From Bacteroidales bacterium (GTDB lineage Bacteria > Bacteroidota > Bacteroidia > Bacteroidales > GCA-2748055), in NCBI GenBank assembly GCA_030589895.1, contig JAUUZQ010000004.1, positions 2,951-66,950 of the forward strand: a DNA stretch of 64,000 bases, given 5' to 3'. Each line of letters opens with the position of its first letter. Position 1 is the stretch's first letter. The translations under genes were made by a program, and so were the position numbers. Below, in pieces: positions 9,048 through 18,412 of this stretch. The notes under the pieces are model-generated. The model was not told the origin of the DNA. It made no database searches and saw only the letters and a list, made by a program, of their open reading frames with translations.

Positions 9048-11507
9048 ATGGTACACAAGCTTCGAACTGATAAGCCACTAATCATGATTAGATCTTGCAC
9101 TTTCCTTGCTATCCTATTATTAAATCTTGCACACGCAGATGCACAACTTTTGCTAAATGCAAATACAAATCCTTCATTGCTTGATTCCCACTGGGATGCT
9201 TCATGGGTTTCTGTTCCGGATACAGATCCCTATGGATATGGCGTATATTTCTATAGAAATACGCTAGTGCTGGACAAAGCACCTGAAAAGTATGTTATTC
9301 ACATATCAGCAGACAATAGGTATAAACTCTATGTTAATGACCAGTGGATCGGACTGGGGCCAGCAAGAAGTGATCCTGATAACTGGAATTATGAAACATA
9401 TGATATATCCTCATACCTGAAGTCTGGTGAAAATATTGTAAGTGCAGCTGTTTGGAATTTTGGAAGTGAAAAACCATGGGCTCAGCTTTCTCTGTACTCC
9501 TCATTTATTGTTCAGGGAGACAGTGATAAGGAAACCGAAATAAACACACCCGGAAACTGGAGATGTAAGCAGATTGATGCTTACTCACCGGTAATTTCGA
9601 ATAGTGAATCACTCGGTACTTTCATTATTATTGGTCCAGGGGATAATATTGAAGGAGATAAATACCCATGGGGATGGAATGGCAATGATTTCAATGATGC
9701 TGATTGGTCAACTCCTGTAGCTAAATTTCGAGGCTCCCCCAAAGGAATTGGCACCGGTATTACATATGCATTGGTTCCAAGAACCATTCCTGCGATGGAG
9801 CTTTCACCAATTGAATCTCCGATCATTCGTAAAATCGATGCCCATATTGTAAAGCGTGAACTTCAGGAGTATACGATTCCTTCCAATAGTGTGAGAACCA
9901 TATTACTTGATCAGGGGAACCTCGTTACTGCTTATCCCGAATTGACACTTTCAGGAGGAAAAAGCTCCTCCATTGAGCTTGGATATAGTGAAACATTATA
10001 CAACAGTTCAGGAAAGAAGGAGAACCGTGATAAGATTGAAAATATGCACTTCAAAGGTACGTATGATATTTTCTTGCCTGATGGTGGCAACAATAAATTA
10101 TATACCACCCTATGGTTCAGAACATTTCGATACCTTCAATTGAAGATCACCACCGGGAATGATCCTTTAACGATCCATTCACTGGATCCGATTTTCACTG
10201 CATATCCTTTTGAAGAAAAGGCATGGTTTGAGTCTGACAACGACTTGCTCAACAAAATATGGGAAACAGGCTGGCGAACATCACGGCTGTGTGCCAATGA
10301 AATATTCTATGATTGTCCCTATTATGAACAAATGCAATATGTTGGTGATACACGTATTCAGGCACTAATTTCGCTTTATGTCTCAGGCGATGACAGACTG
10401 ATGCGAAAAGCCATTGATGACTTCTACAATTCGATGACACCTGAGGGACTTACTTTAAGTCGCTATCCTTCTGAGCCAAGGCAGATCATACCAACTTATT
10501 CCTTGTTCTGGATATCAATGATCCATGACTACCTATGGCACAAGCCTGATTATATGTTTGCCTCAAAATATTTGGTGAGTATACAACATATACTGAGATG
10601 GTTTGAAAATCGGATTGACGCAGAAAGCGGAATGTTGGGCCCCATTGAGTATTGGCCATTTGTTGACTGGGCATCTGCATGGTCCTGGGACAATGAAAAA
10701 CGTATTGGAGGTGTTCCTTTAGGCGGACAAGAGGGGAATTCATCAATTATCACACTTCAATATGCCATGACGCTTGATCAGGCTGCTGATATTTTCAGTT
10801 TTTATGGTCAGGAGTCATTGGCACGAATATACTTAAATGAAGCCGATCAGCTGGTGGCAGCTACAAGCAAGAACTGCTACGATCATGATAAACAGTTTTT
10901 TGCAGATACACCGGAAAAAACAGAATTCAGTCAACACGCAAACATATTTGCAGTGCTGACGAATGCAGTTCCTGAAGCCGATAAAGCATTGTTTACAGAG
11001 AGGATTATAAGATCAGAAGAGTTAATAGAAACTTCATACTATTTCAAATATTACCTCCACCGTGCACTAATCGAATCGGGACTGGGAAACAAATATATTG
11101 ACATGCTGGCACCATGGAAAGAGATGCTTGATATGGGATTAACAACTTTTGCAGAGACGCATGATCTTGCCGGCACCCGTTCAGATTGTCATGCATGGAG
11201 TTCCAGTCCGCTATATGAATTATTAGCTACGGTAGCCGGAATCAGACCGGCAGACATTGGTTTCCGTACAGTGATCATTGAACCTCATCCAGGAGATTTG
11301 AAATGGATTAAATCAGGTGTGCCTCATTCCCTTGGTGATATTGAAGTAGATCTGGAATTCAATAAAAAGGGTAAGGTTAAAGGAAGTGTTACCCTCCCTG
11401 ATGGTTTAAAGGGAATTTTTATCTGGGACAAGCAGACTTTAGATATACAGGGTGGTGTCAACAAAATTTCAATGCTTCCTCTTGATCTTAAATATACAAG
11501 AGAATAA
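9048..11507 (+). CDS. Six-hairpin glycoside hydrolase, alpha-L-rhamnosidase-like (GH78-related), secreted
   Basis: Signal peptide (an alternative ATG at 9084 gives MIRSCTFLAILLLNLAHADA); the central YDCPYYEQMQYVGDTRIQAL block resembles the GH78 catalytic domain. Confidence 0.6.
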   Translation: MVHKLRTDKPLIMIRSCTFLAILLLNLAHADAQLLLNANTNPSLLDSHWDASWVSVPDTDPYGYGVYFYRNTLVLDKAPEKYVIHISADNRYKLYVNDQWIGLGPARSDPDNWNYETYDISSYLKSGENIVSAAVWNFGSEKPWAQLSLYSSFIVQGDSDKETEINTPGNWRCKQIDAYSPVISNSESLGTFIIIGPGDNIEGDKYPWGWNGNDFNDADWSTPVAKFRGSPKGIGTGITYALVPRTIPAMELSPIESPIIRKIDAHIVKRELQEYTIPSNSVRTILLDQGNLVTAYPELTLSGGKSSSIELGYSETLYNSSGKKENRDKIENMHFKGTYDIFLPDGGNNKLYTTLWFRTFRYLQLKITTGNDPLTIHSLDPIFTAYPFEEKAWFESDNDLLNKIWETGWRTSRLCANEIFYDCPYYEQMQYVGDTRIQALISLYVSGDDRLMRKAIDDFYNSMTPEGLTLSRYPSEPRQIIPTYSLFWISMIHDYLWHKPDYMFASKYLVSIQHILRWFENRIDAESGMLGPIEYWPFVDWASAWSWDNEKRIGGVPLGGQEGNSSIITLQYAMTLDQAADIFSFYGQESLARIYLNEADQLVAATSKNCYDHDKQFFADTPEKTEFSQHANIFAVLTNAVPEADKALFTERIIRSEELIETSYYFKYYLHRALIESGLGNKYIDMLAPWKEMLDMGLTTFAETHDLAGTRSDCHAWSSSPLYELLATVAGIRPADIGFRTVIIEPHPGDLKWIKSGVPHSLGDIEVDLEFNKKGKVKGSVTLPDGLKGIFIWDKQTLDIQGGVNKISMLPLDLKYTRE

Positions 11508-11623
11508 TTCTTTTTCAACTCATTGGATTTTTATTAATTTTGAATCTTCTTGAGAAAGAATCAGTTCTGTTCATAGCCACCAGTCAGTGGAATGACATTG
11601 GAAGCCACAAAAAAAATTAAGCA

Positions 11624-12115
11624 ATGAAAATGAATCAATCTTTTACAAAGAGTCAGCTTTGGATGCTTGTAATATTACGGGTAGCAATAGGCTGGCATCT
11701 GCTATATGAAGGTACTATTAAATTACTGAATCCGAATTGGTCTTCAGTAGGTTACCTGATGGACTCAAGAGGGATATTTACCGGTTTGTTTCATTCCATC
11801 GCTGAAAACCCTGATCTGCTTAAAGTTGTTGATTTTTTAAATGTTTGGGGCTTGTTATTTATTGGTATTGGATTAATACTTGGCATATTCACCAGAGTGG
11901 CAATCTATGGAGGCATTGCATTGCTCACACTTTACTACCTCTCCCATCCTGCCCTGTTGAATGTAAACTATGCAATGCCTTCAGAAGGCATTTATATGTT
12001 CATAAATAAAAACCTAATCGAAATAATCACTATGGTGGTATTACTTTTGTTTCCAACATGGCAAAACATTGGCCTGGACAGGTATATTTTTAAAAGGAAA
12101 TCGGAGAAATTGTAA
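11624..12115 (+). CDS. DoxX family membrane protein
   Basis: 163 aa, 4 TM segments, LRVAIGWHLLYEG N-terminal motif typical of DoxX. An 11-nt gap separates it from the next gene. Confidence 0.75.
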   Translation: MKMNQSFTKSQLWMLVILRVAIGWHLLYEGTIKLLNPNWSSVGYLMDSRGIFTGLFHSIAENPDLLKVVDFLNVWGLLFIGIGLILGIFTRVAIYGGIALLTLYYLSHPALLNVNYAMPSEGIYMFINKNLIEIITMVVLLLFPTWQNIGLDRYIFKRKSEKL

Positions 12116-12126
12116 TCAATAAAATT

Positions 12127-13728
12127 ATGCAAGAGAGTAATAACAAAGATAAAAAGCCTGGCGAAAAGAGAAAGATCAATCGCAGGGAAGCATTGAAGGG
12201 CTTTGCAACTGTTCCTGTTCTTGGTGCATTTGCCTATGGTGTATGGAGAAAGAAAAAGCTGGACCATTATAGAAGTCATGCACTAAGCAAAGAACTAAAC
12301 ATGAGTAGTTCACCGGCTATGGAACCCAAGAAAATATGGGACGGGGAAGCGTTCAGACTGGGTATTATTGGCTATGGAATTCGTGGACATCAGCTTTTAA
12401 AAGGAGCGGGATTTGCACACCCTGAAGAGATTCAAGCTTGGAAAGACGGAGCTGCTAAAAATAGTAATGATAAGAGATTCAATGACTACCAGGAGCAAGA
12501 TAATTTGAATATCGTTGTGAATGGAATCTGTGACCTTTTTGATGTCAGAGCTGAACAAGCCATGGAAGCATCAGCAAATGTAAATAGAGAAGGTTTTGGA
12601 GGAACTCCAGGTCAGACAGCAAAAAGATACAAAGACTACCGGGATCTTCTAAAAGCAGAAGATATTGATGGTGTCATTATTGCTGCGCCTGATCATTGGC
12701 ATGCAAAAATAGCAATTGATGCAGCAAAAGCAGGAAAGCATATATATGTTGAAAAAGGGTTTACCAGAACAATAGAGGAAGTATTTGCAGTTCGCAAGGC
12801 AGTAAAAGAAGCTGGTATCGTTTTTCAATTGGGACACCAGGGCAGACAAACCGAAAGTTATATCAAAGCAGAGGAAGCTGTTGAGAAAGGACTGGTGGGA
12901 GATATAAATATGGTTGAAGTTTGTACGAACAGAAATTCTCCGAATGGGGCATGGGTTTACGACATTGACCCAAAAGGTATAGAGCAGACGATTGACTGGA
13001 AAAAATTTGAGGAGCCATGTGAAGTAAAACATCCGTTTAGCCCTGAAAGATTCTTCCGCTGGCGTTGCTGGTGGGATTATGGAACCGGTTTATCGGGAGA
13101 CCTTCTCACACATGAATATGACGCCATTAACCAGGTTATTAAAATGGGAATTCCCGAGACAGCAATCTCCTCAGGTGGAGTATACTTTTATGAAAATGAG
13201 AAACACTTTGTCAATGAGGTAAGGGAAGTTCCTGACGTTTGGAATGTTGTTATGGAGTATCCTCAGAAAAACTTCTCACTGCTCTACAGTGCCACCCTGG
13301 CAAACAATCGGGATCGCGGCAAAGTAATCATGGGACATGATGGCCATATGGAATTAGGAAACAATCTGACCGTTTATGCATGCAGGGAAAGCACCAGGTA
13401 TAAAGAAGAAATCAAGAGTGGATTGATCGATCCTGAAGTACCTATATATTCTTATATCCCAGGAAGAAAAAATGTTGATGCAGTTGCTTCTGCAACAGAG
13501 CAATACTTTGCAGGAAGAGGTTTATTATACACATACAGGGGAGGGAAAAGGGTAGACACTACCCACCTTCACATCAAGGAATGGATTGAAGCTGTCAGAG
13601 AAAACAAGCAAGCAAGTTGCAATATTGACCAGGCATTTGAGGAAGGAATTTCGGCTGCAATGGCAACCATCTCCTATAAAGAGGGTAGGAAAATTACATG
13701 GGATAAAGATAAAGAAGAGATCTCCTGA
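12127..13728 (+). CDS. Gfo/Idh/MocA family oxidoreductase with twin-arginine (TAT) signal
   Basis: NRREALKGFATVPVLGAFA TAT motif; Rossmann GIIGYGIRG; EKG/EKP-type catalytic block (HIYVEKGF). Confidence 0.85.
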   Translation: MQESNNKDKKPGEKRKINRREALKGFATVPVLGAFAYGVWRKKKLDHYRSHALSKELNMSSSPAMEPKKIWDGEAFRLGIIGYGIRGHQLLKGAGFAHPEEIQAWKDGAAKNSNDKRFNDYQEQDNLNIVVNGICDLFDVRAEQAMEASANVNREGFGGTPGQTAKRYKDYRDLLKAEDIDGVIIAAPDHWHAKIAIDAAKAGKHIYVEKGFTRTIEEVFAVRKAVKEAGIVFQLGHQGRQTESYIKAEEAVEKGLVGDINMVEVCTNRNSPNGAWVYDIDPKGIEQTIDWKKFEEPCEVKHPFSPERFFRWRCWWDYGTGLSGDLLTHEYDAINQVIKMGIPETAISSGGVYFYENEKHFVNEVREVPDVWNVVMEYPQKNFSLLYSATLANNRDRGKVIMGHDGHMELGNNLTVYACRESTRYKEEIKSGLIDPEVPIYSYIPGRKNVDAVASATEQYFAGRGLLYTYRGGKRVDTTHLHIKEWIEAVRENKQASCNIDQAFEEGISAAMATISYKEGRKITWDKDKEEIS

Positions 13729-13816
13729 TCAGCACTTGCAATAGTTGTATTTAAACACTTTAGAAGCTGCTTAAGAAGTTTATGATACTAGTTATTTGTA
13801 CTTTTATAAGAGATTT

Positions 13817-13856
13817 TATTACTGCATTGTTGTATTATTGAATTATTGCATTGTCC
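13817..13856. repeat. Degenerate octamer array of the CATTRTYR family (5 units)
   Basis: tattactg cattgttg tattattg aattattg cattgtcc; overlaps the stop codon and last codons of 13835..14617. Confidence 0.6.
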
Positions 13857-14617
13857 AATTGATACCGTCTCCAAAGATCATAAATCTCAGTCAGCAATAA
13901 CAACTCACTGCAATGGTATGTACACACCAGCTTAGCATTAAGATAGATTATGAAAGTCTCCAGCTCATCACCAGTAAGTTCGGTGATATATGAGATGTTA
14001 TCTTCACTCAATATCTTATCAAATTTTTCAATAAGGACTTTATCCTTCTCCAGCTGATATGCTTTTCTTATCGATTTCTCTCTTTTATTGAGATTATAAT
14101 AGAAGAATGAAACAGGGGAGCTAAGTAAAAATCCGACACTTTTTAATTTCTTTTCATCCAGGTTAAACGGAATATAATCAGGATCCTGAGCAGGTAAACC
14201 AAGTTTTTCACCCTCGGATACAGGCTCTCCTTTACTTCTTACCTCCTCAAGAAAATCACCATACGTTGAGCCCCAATTGTATACCCTGGCTTCTTTCAAA
14301 AGATAATACCTCTTCTTCAACTTTATGTAGAATCCCTTATTCTCAATTGATATAAAAGCAGCGTCATCCTTATACGAGATATTATAGAACAATAGCTGAT
14401 CATTTTTCCTCACGTATAAACTGAATATTCCAAGACTATCTGTTACATCACCGATACCTGTTCCTTTGGCCATAACATGCGTATAAGGCAGTGGTGCAAA
14501 GAATTCATCGTATACAACACCGGTAAACAAGTATGCCAATTTATCATTCTGCGCATAGATGCTGCACATCGGGACTATTGAAAATCCAAGAATAAGGAAT
14601 AGCCTTTTGAATAACAT
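13835..14617 (-). CDS. CarboxypepD_reg-like domain protein, secreted
   Basis: Start moved to ATG 14617 (MLFKRLFLILGFSIVPMCSIYAQ signal). GVVYDEF...PLPYTHVMAKGTGIGDVTDSLGIFSL matches the carboxypeptidase-regulatory-like fold. The longer ORF-track N-terminus looks non-coding. Confidence 0.55.
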   Translation of the reverse strand: MLFKRLFLILGFSIVPMCSIYAQNDKLAYLFTGVVYDEFFAPLPYTHVMAKGTGIGDVTDSLGIFSLYVRKNDQLLFYNISYKDDAAFISIENKGFYIKLKKRYYLLKEARVYNWGSTYGDFLEEVRSKGEPVSEGEKLGLPAQDPDYIPFNLDEKKLKSVGFLLSSPVSFFYYNLNKREKSIRKAYQLEKDKVLIEKFDKILSEDNISYITELTGDELETFIIYLNAKLVCTYHCSELLLLTEIYDLWRRYQLDNAIIQ

Positions 14618-14955
14618 ATTGAAAAATAGTAAAAAATGGAATCCGGAGAAAGAAAGATAACAATTATTAACCATTACTAAGAAGCAAGCTTCAGTTTGCT
14701 GCTTTGATCCGAAAAGTGGAGAACTTATCAACAGAATAAATATTCCTGCAAAAAATGTCACATCCTGTGCATTTGGGAGGAAGTGATCTGTCTGAACTAT
14801 AAATTACTACAGCTAGAATCGGAACATCAGCTGATGACCTGAAATTATATCCAAATGCCGGGTGCTTATTTAAAATATCACTTAATACTACCGGTTTAGA
14901 AACGATTTATTATTAATTTTAACATTAGTGTTTTTGATTTCACATTAAAAACGTT

Positions 14956-14963
14956 TACCTTTG
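14956..14963 (+). promoter_or_regulatory. Candidate -7 box TACCTTTG, with TTTG (-33-like) at 14933-14936
   Basis: TAnnTTTG 47 nt upstream of ATG 15010; 19-nt spacing to the upstream TTTG. Confidence 0.4.
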
Positions 14964-15009
14964 TAACTACTTTAGTTGCTAATATACTCTCATATAAATT
15001 TATTAAACC

Positions 15010-15456
15010 ATGAAAAAAACACTCTTAATTTTTGTTGCTATTCTATTTGCTGTAACAGCATGTGAAAAAAGTACATATATAGATGGGACTTATAAAGTAT
15101 CATATGATGCACCACATTATGGGTACACTGCATTTATTGAGTTCACTCTAAGCGGTGATGAAGTCTCTGGCGTTGATTTTGACTATTGGAATGACGCAGG
15201 CGATCTGAGAAAATCAGAGGATACAGAATATGCTGGCAATATGTTTCCTGTAGCAGGAACAAGTCCAGACATCTACATCCCTGTACTTGAATCACAACTT
15301 GAGGCTACTGTAATTGTGCCAGAGTTGGTAGATATTGATGGTGTAACCGGTGCTACTGGTTCAACCGCATCTGCAAACCATCTTTTTGGCGTTGCTCTTG
15401 AAGCTGCACTTTCAGGAGAGCCCAGTGAACAAACAGTTGGATATCCAGAAGAATAG
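15010..15456 (+). CDS. Small FMN-binding-domain lipoprotein
   Basis: Lipobox FAVTAC; FMN_bind-like layout DGTYKVSYD ... IDGVTGATGSTASANHLF, which carries the D-x-x-T-G-A-T flavinylation-type motif. Confidence 0.7.
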   Translation: MKKTLLIFVAILFAVTACEKSTYIDGTYKVSYDAPHYGYTAFIEFTLSGDEVSGVDFDYWNDAGDLRKSEDTEYAGNMFPVAGTSPDIYIPVLESQLEATVIVPELVDIDGVTGATGSTASANHLFGVALEAALSGEPSEQTVGYPEE

Positions 15457-15477
15457 CATTTTTTTGTTAAAAATTAT

Positions 15478-15519
15478 AGAGGCTGCTCAAATTTACCTTT
15501 GAGACAGCCTCTTTTTTTT
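15478..15519 (+). terminator. Rho-independent terminator
   Basis: AGAGGCTG...CAGCCTCT stem extended by TCAAA/TTTGA, followed by a T8 run. Confidence 0.65.
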
Positions 15520-15582
15520 ATCAGGAATGAGAAAGCTTACCATACAGTAAATTATTCACCAGCAATACATCCCATTGGTTAT

Positions 15583-16269
15583 TCATCGCAGATCAAAAAT
15601 AACCGGTATATGCATGTATACAGATACCAACTGTCCTCCCTGCATACCGGGACGAAAATCTGGCATTAAGTTTAAAATACGGATTACTTCTTCATCCAGG
15701 AGTACATGAGCACCACGAACAATCTCTATCTCTGTCACTTTACCATATTTATTAATCGTAAACTTTGCTGTCACTTTTCCTTCTATACCATGTTCAACGC
15801 ATTGTTGTGGATAAGAAATATTGTCATATAGCCATTTCATCATAGCCTTTTCTCCTCCTGGAAATTCTGGTTTAAATTTTACTTCCCATGGATTGAATGT
15901 TTCAGCAACCTGAGGTTCAGGTTCATCAAACCATTCACCAATATCAATTCCAATTCCTGTATATTCTCCAATATTCCAATCCGGAATTTCTGTATCAATA
16001 TCAATAAACTCCTCCGCGACAGGTATCGGAATAAGAACTTTCGGAGTCTCAGGCTTGATTTGCTCATCAGGCTTGATCAATGGTGGAAGCTCCTCTGTCA
16101 GATCATAAGAAGGAATAAAGAGTGCCTCCTGAGTTGTTGACACCTGGGTTCCCCATTCCAGAGAGACCAATACGAAAGATAGTGCAATTATAAGTCCAAC
16201 CTGAATGTGAATGGCACGACGCTTCTCCAGATTGGCTCCATGATTTTTCTTTGGATTCATAATTTTCAA
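15583..16269 (-). CDS. Energy transducer TonB
   Basis: N-terminal TM anchor, Pro/Glu-rich linker, C-terminal TonB domain PEFPGGEKAMMKWLYDNISYP...GIEGKVTAKFTINKYGKV. Confidence 0.8.
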   Translation of the reverse strand: MKIMNPKKNHGANLEKRRAIHIQVGLIIALSFVLVSLEWGTQVSTTQEALFIPSYDLTEELPPLIKPDEQIKPETPKVLIPIPVAEEFIDIDTEIPDWNIGEYTGIGIDIGEWFDEPEPQVAETFNPWEVKFKPEFPGGEKAMMKWLYDNISYPQQCVEHGIEGKVTAKFTINKYGKVTEIEIVRGAHVLLDEEVIRILNLMPDFRPGMQGGQLVSVYMHIPVIFDLR

Positions 16270-16477
16270 TTTTAGGTTTCAATGATTGGTTTATCACTAA
16301 TCTTTCTGCAACTACTGTTCCAGTCAGACAAAAGCAAACATGTTTCAAAACCCTGTGTACCACGCAATAAGCAAGAGTAAATTTCGTCAATTATTAATCA
16401 CTCCATAGAAACAGCTAAGCCAACGCTTCAGATTTACTTCAGCCAATTATTTGCCCTTATTACTCTTTAATTTAAAC

Positions 16478-16590
16478 TTTTACTTTTCACTGCTAACTTT
16501 TTTACTTCTCACCTTTCAACTATAACTAGTTCTTTTACCTTTCAACTATAACTATTTACTTTTCACCTAAAACCATTTACTTTTCACTTG
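16478..16590. repeat. Pyrimidine-rich repeat block: TTTACTTTTCAC x3 plus one variant, and a 17-mer CCTTTCAACTATAACTA x2
   Basis: TTTACTTTTCAC at 16479, 16555 and 16576; TTTACTTCTCAC at 16501; the 17-mer at 16512 and 16538. Lies in the 393-bp divergent spacer. Confidence 0.8.
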
Positions 16591-16662
16591 AAATTCGAAC
16601 TAATCTCTTACACGAATGTTCTATATTTTATAAGCAGATATTTATCAAATTTTTACCAAAAG

Positions 16663-17607
16663 ATGGATGAAATAGTTTTTTTGGATACAGCAACGATTGG
16701 ATCAGTTCAGAATATGAAACTATTAAAGAGGCTCGGAAAGATAGATTTCTTTGATGAGACCAAGGCTGAACAAGTTGTTAAACGAGCAAGGAGTAAGGAA
16801 ATACTGATTACAAATAAGGTTGCGATTACTGCAGATATTATAGATCAGTTACCTGACCTTCGCTTGATATGTGTAGCTGCTACAGGAGTCAATAATATTG
16901 ATACAGAATATGCAAATAAAAAGGGAATACAGGTTAAGAATGTAGTTAACTACTCATCTGATTCTGTAGCTCAGTTAACATTTACCTTGTTATTGTACCT
17001 TGTGAACAAGCCTGGATATTACGATAATTATGTTAAAAGCGGAGCCTATGCCAAAAGTAACTCTTTTACACATTTGGGTGAATCATATTGGGAGCTTCGT
17101 GGCAAACGACTCGGAATAATTGGATTGGGAACCATTGGAAGACAAGTTGCACGTATTGCAGAATCTTTTGGAATGGAAGTGATTTTTTATTCAACAACAG
17201 GAAGAAATAACAATATCAATTATAAAAGATTTGAATTAGACGACCTGCTTAAGAATTCGGATGTTATTTCAATACATGCCCCACTTAATGAGAATACCAG
17301 TGGATTGATTAACTATGAAAAAATAAAATTAATGCGTCCCTGCGCTATTTTATTAAATCTGGGAAGAGGAGGTATTATTGTTGAAGAGGATCTTGCAAAG
17401 GCTTTAAATGACAATCTTATTGGTGGAGCAGGAATTGATGTCATGGTAAATGAACCTATTAATCCTGATAATCCATTGCTGAAAATATACGATAAAGAGA
17501 AACTGATTATCACTCCTCATATGGCATGGGCTTCTCAAGAGGCTCGTGAGCTATTGGTTCAAAAAATTGGACAAAACATTGAATTGTATCAAAAGGGTAA
17601 ACATTAA
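16663..17607 (+). CDS. D-isomer specific 2-hydroxyacid dehydrogenase (glycerate dehydrogenase-like)
   Basis: GIIGLGTIGRQVA NAD-binding motif; LLNLGRGGIIVEEDL and ITPHMAW catalytic blocks. ATG 16663 is preferred over the TTG at 16588, which lies inside the repeat block. Confidence 0.85.
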   Translation: MDEIVFLDTATIGSVQNMKLLKRLGKIDFFDETKAEQVVKRARSKEILITNKVAITADIIDQLPDLRLICVAATGVNNIDTEYANKKGIQVKNVVNYSSDSVAQLTFTLLLYLVNKPGYYDNYVKSGAYAKSNSFTHLGESYWELRGKRLGIIGLGTIGRQVARIAESFGMEVIFYSTTGRNNNINYKRFELDDLLKNSDVISIHAPLNENTSGLINYEKIKLMRPCAILLNLGRGGIIVEEDLAKALNDNLIGGAGIDVMVNEPINPDNPLLKIYDKEKLIITPHMAWASQEARELLVQKIGQNIELYQKGKH

Positions 17608-17684
17608 ACACGCTTGTCTGGAATGATATTTTGATTAAAATGCTGTATATTGAACATGATTACATGGAGATCAATATAAACCAG

Positions 17685-18296
17685 ATGCGCTGTTATCACC
17701 AAAAATCCTTAGTCCTGATTCTTCTTATCTCTTTGTCATTTTCTTTGGTAAATGCACAGGATGAGAAAGAACTTTACGAAAAGAAATTCACCATTCAACT
17801 CGGCATGGGACCATGCATGCTTGCAATTGATCAGGGTATCCAAATGCAGAATCAATTCACTTTAGAGTTAAGCAAGCTCTTCTCCCTTTCAGCTACCCTG
17901 GGAACTGCACTTGCATACAATGGAATGGATGATGTACAACGATTGTATCTAGGCAATATAGAAATATCACCAGATGATTATATAAGACAACAATCATTAA
18001 TATTTACAAATCTGGGTATGCAAATATCGCCCATCAATAGTAAGCACCATCGTCTGTTTATTGGTATGGGACCAAGTCTGAATCTCTATAATTCAACGGT
18101 AGGAGAGGTAATTATGCATGGAGATTCTACCGCATTTGTATTGATCAATCGAAATTCTGAAACGATATCTTTCAATTTTTTTGGAGGCTATGATCTTAGT
18201 CTAGGAGATCATATAGTTGTCGGAACCTCAGTCTATTACAGTAAGTTTACTGAGGATATCTACAGTATTCTGTTTAGTGCAGGATATCGGTTTTAG
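17685..18296 (+). CDS. Putative small outer-membrane beta-barrel protein
   Basis: Signal peptide LISLSFSLVNAQ, alternating hydrophobic pattern, C-terminal ...SAGYRF with terminal Phe. The start is uncertain (17631 TTG, 17640 ATG or 17685 ATG). Confidence 0.5.
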   Translation: MRCYHQKSLVLILLISLSFSLVNAQDEKELYEKKFTIQLGMGPCMLAIDQGIQMQNQFTLELSKLFSLSATLGTALAYNGMDDVQRLYLGNIEISPDDYIRQQSLIFTNLGMQISPINSKHHRLFIGMGPSLNLYNSTVGEVIMHGDSTAFVLINRNSETISFNFFGGYDLSLGDHIVVGTSVYYSKFTEDIYSILFSAGYRF

Positions 18297-18355
18297 CCCC
18301 CATCCCATCTCGAAGCAGTACCCCATTCACTTATTATCACTCAGCACTTCCTCGT

Positions 18356-18390
18356 AAAAAAAAGAGACAAGCCCCTTCGAACCTGTCTCT
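18356..18390 (-). terminator. Rho-independent terminator for the DUF1080 gene
   Basis: Minus strand reads AGAGACAGG-ttcgaagggg-CTTGTCTCT followed by T8. Confidence 0.55.
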
Positions 18391-18412
18391 TCATATATCT
18401 AAAAATTTCGAT

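Noticed and set aside
13835-14761. Longer 308-aa version of the CarboxypepD_reg-like ORF. The same issue arises for the 33452 start of the MFS gene, the 16588 start of the dehydrogenase and the 4015 start of the iminopeptidase
   Set aside because: The extensions add non-protein-like or repeat-derived residues ahead of a clean signal peptide or conserved N-terminus that begins at an internal ATG. Several of the extended starts are TTG.
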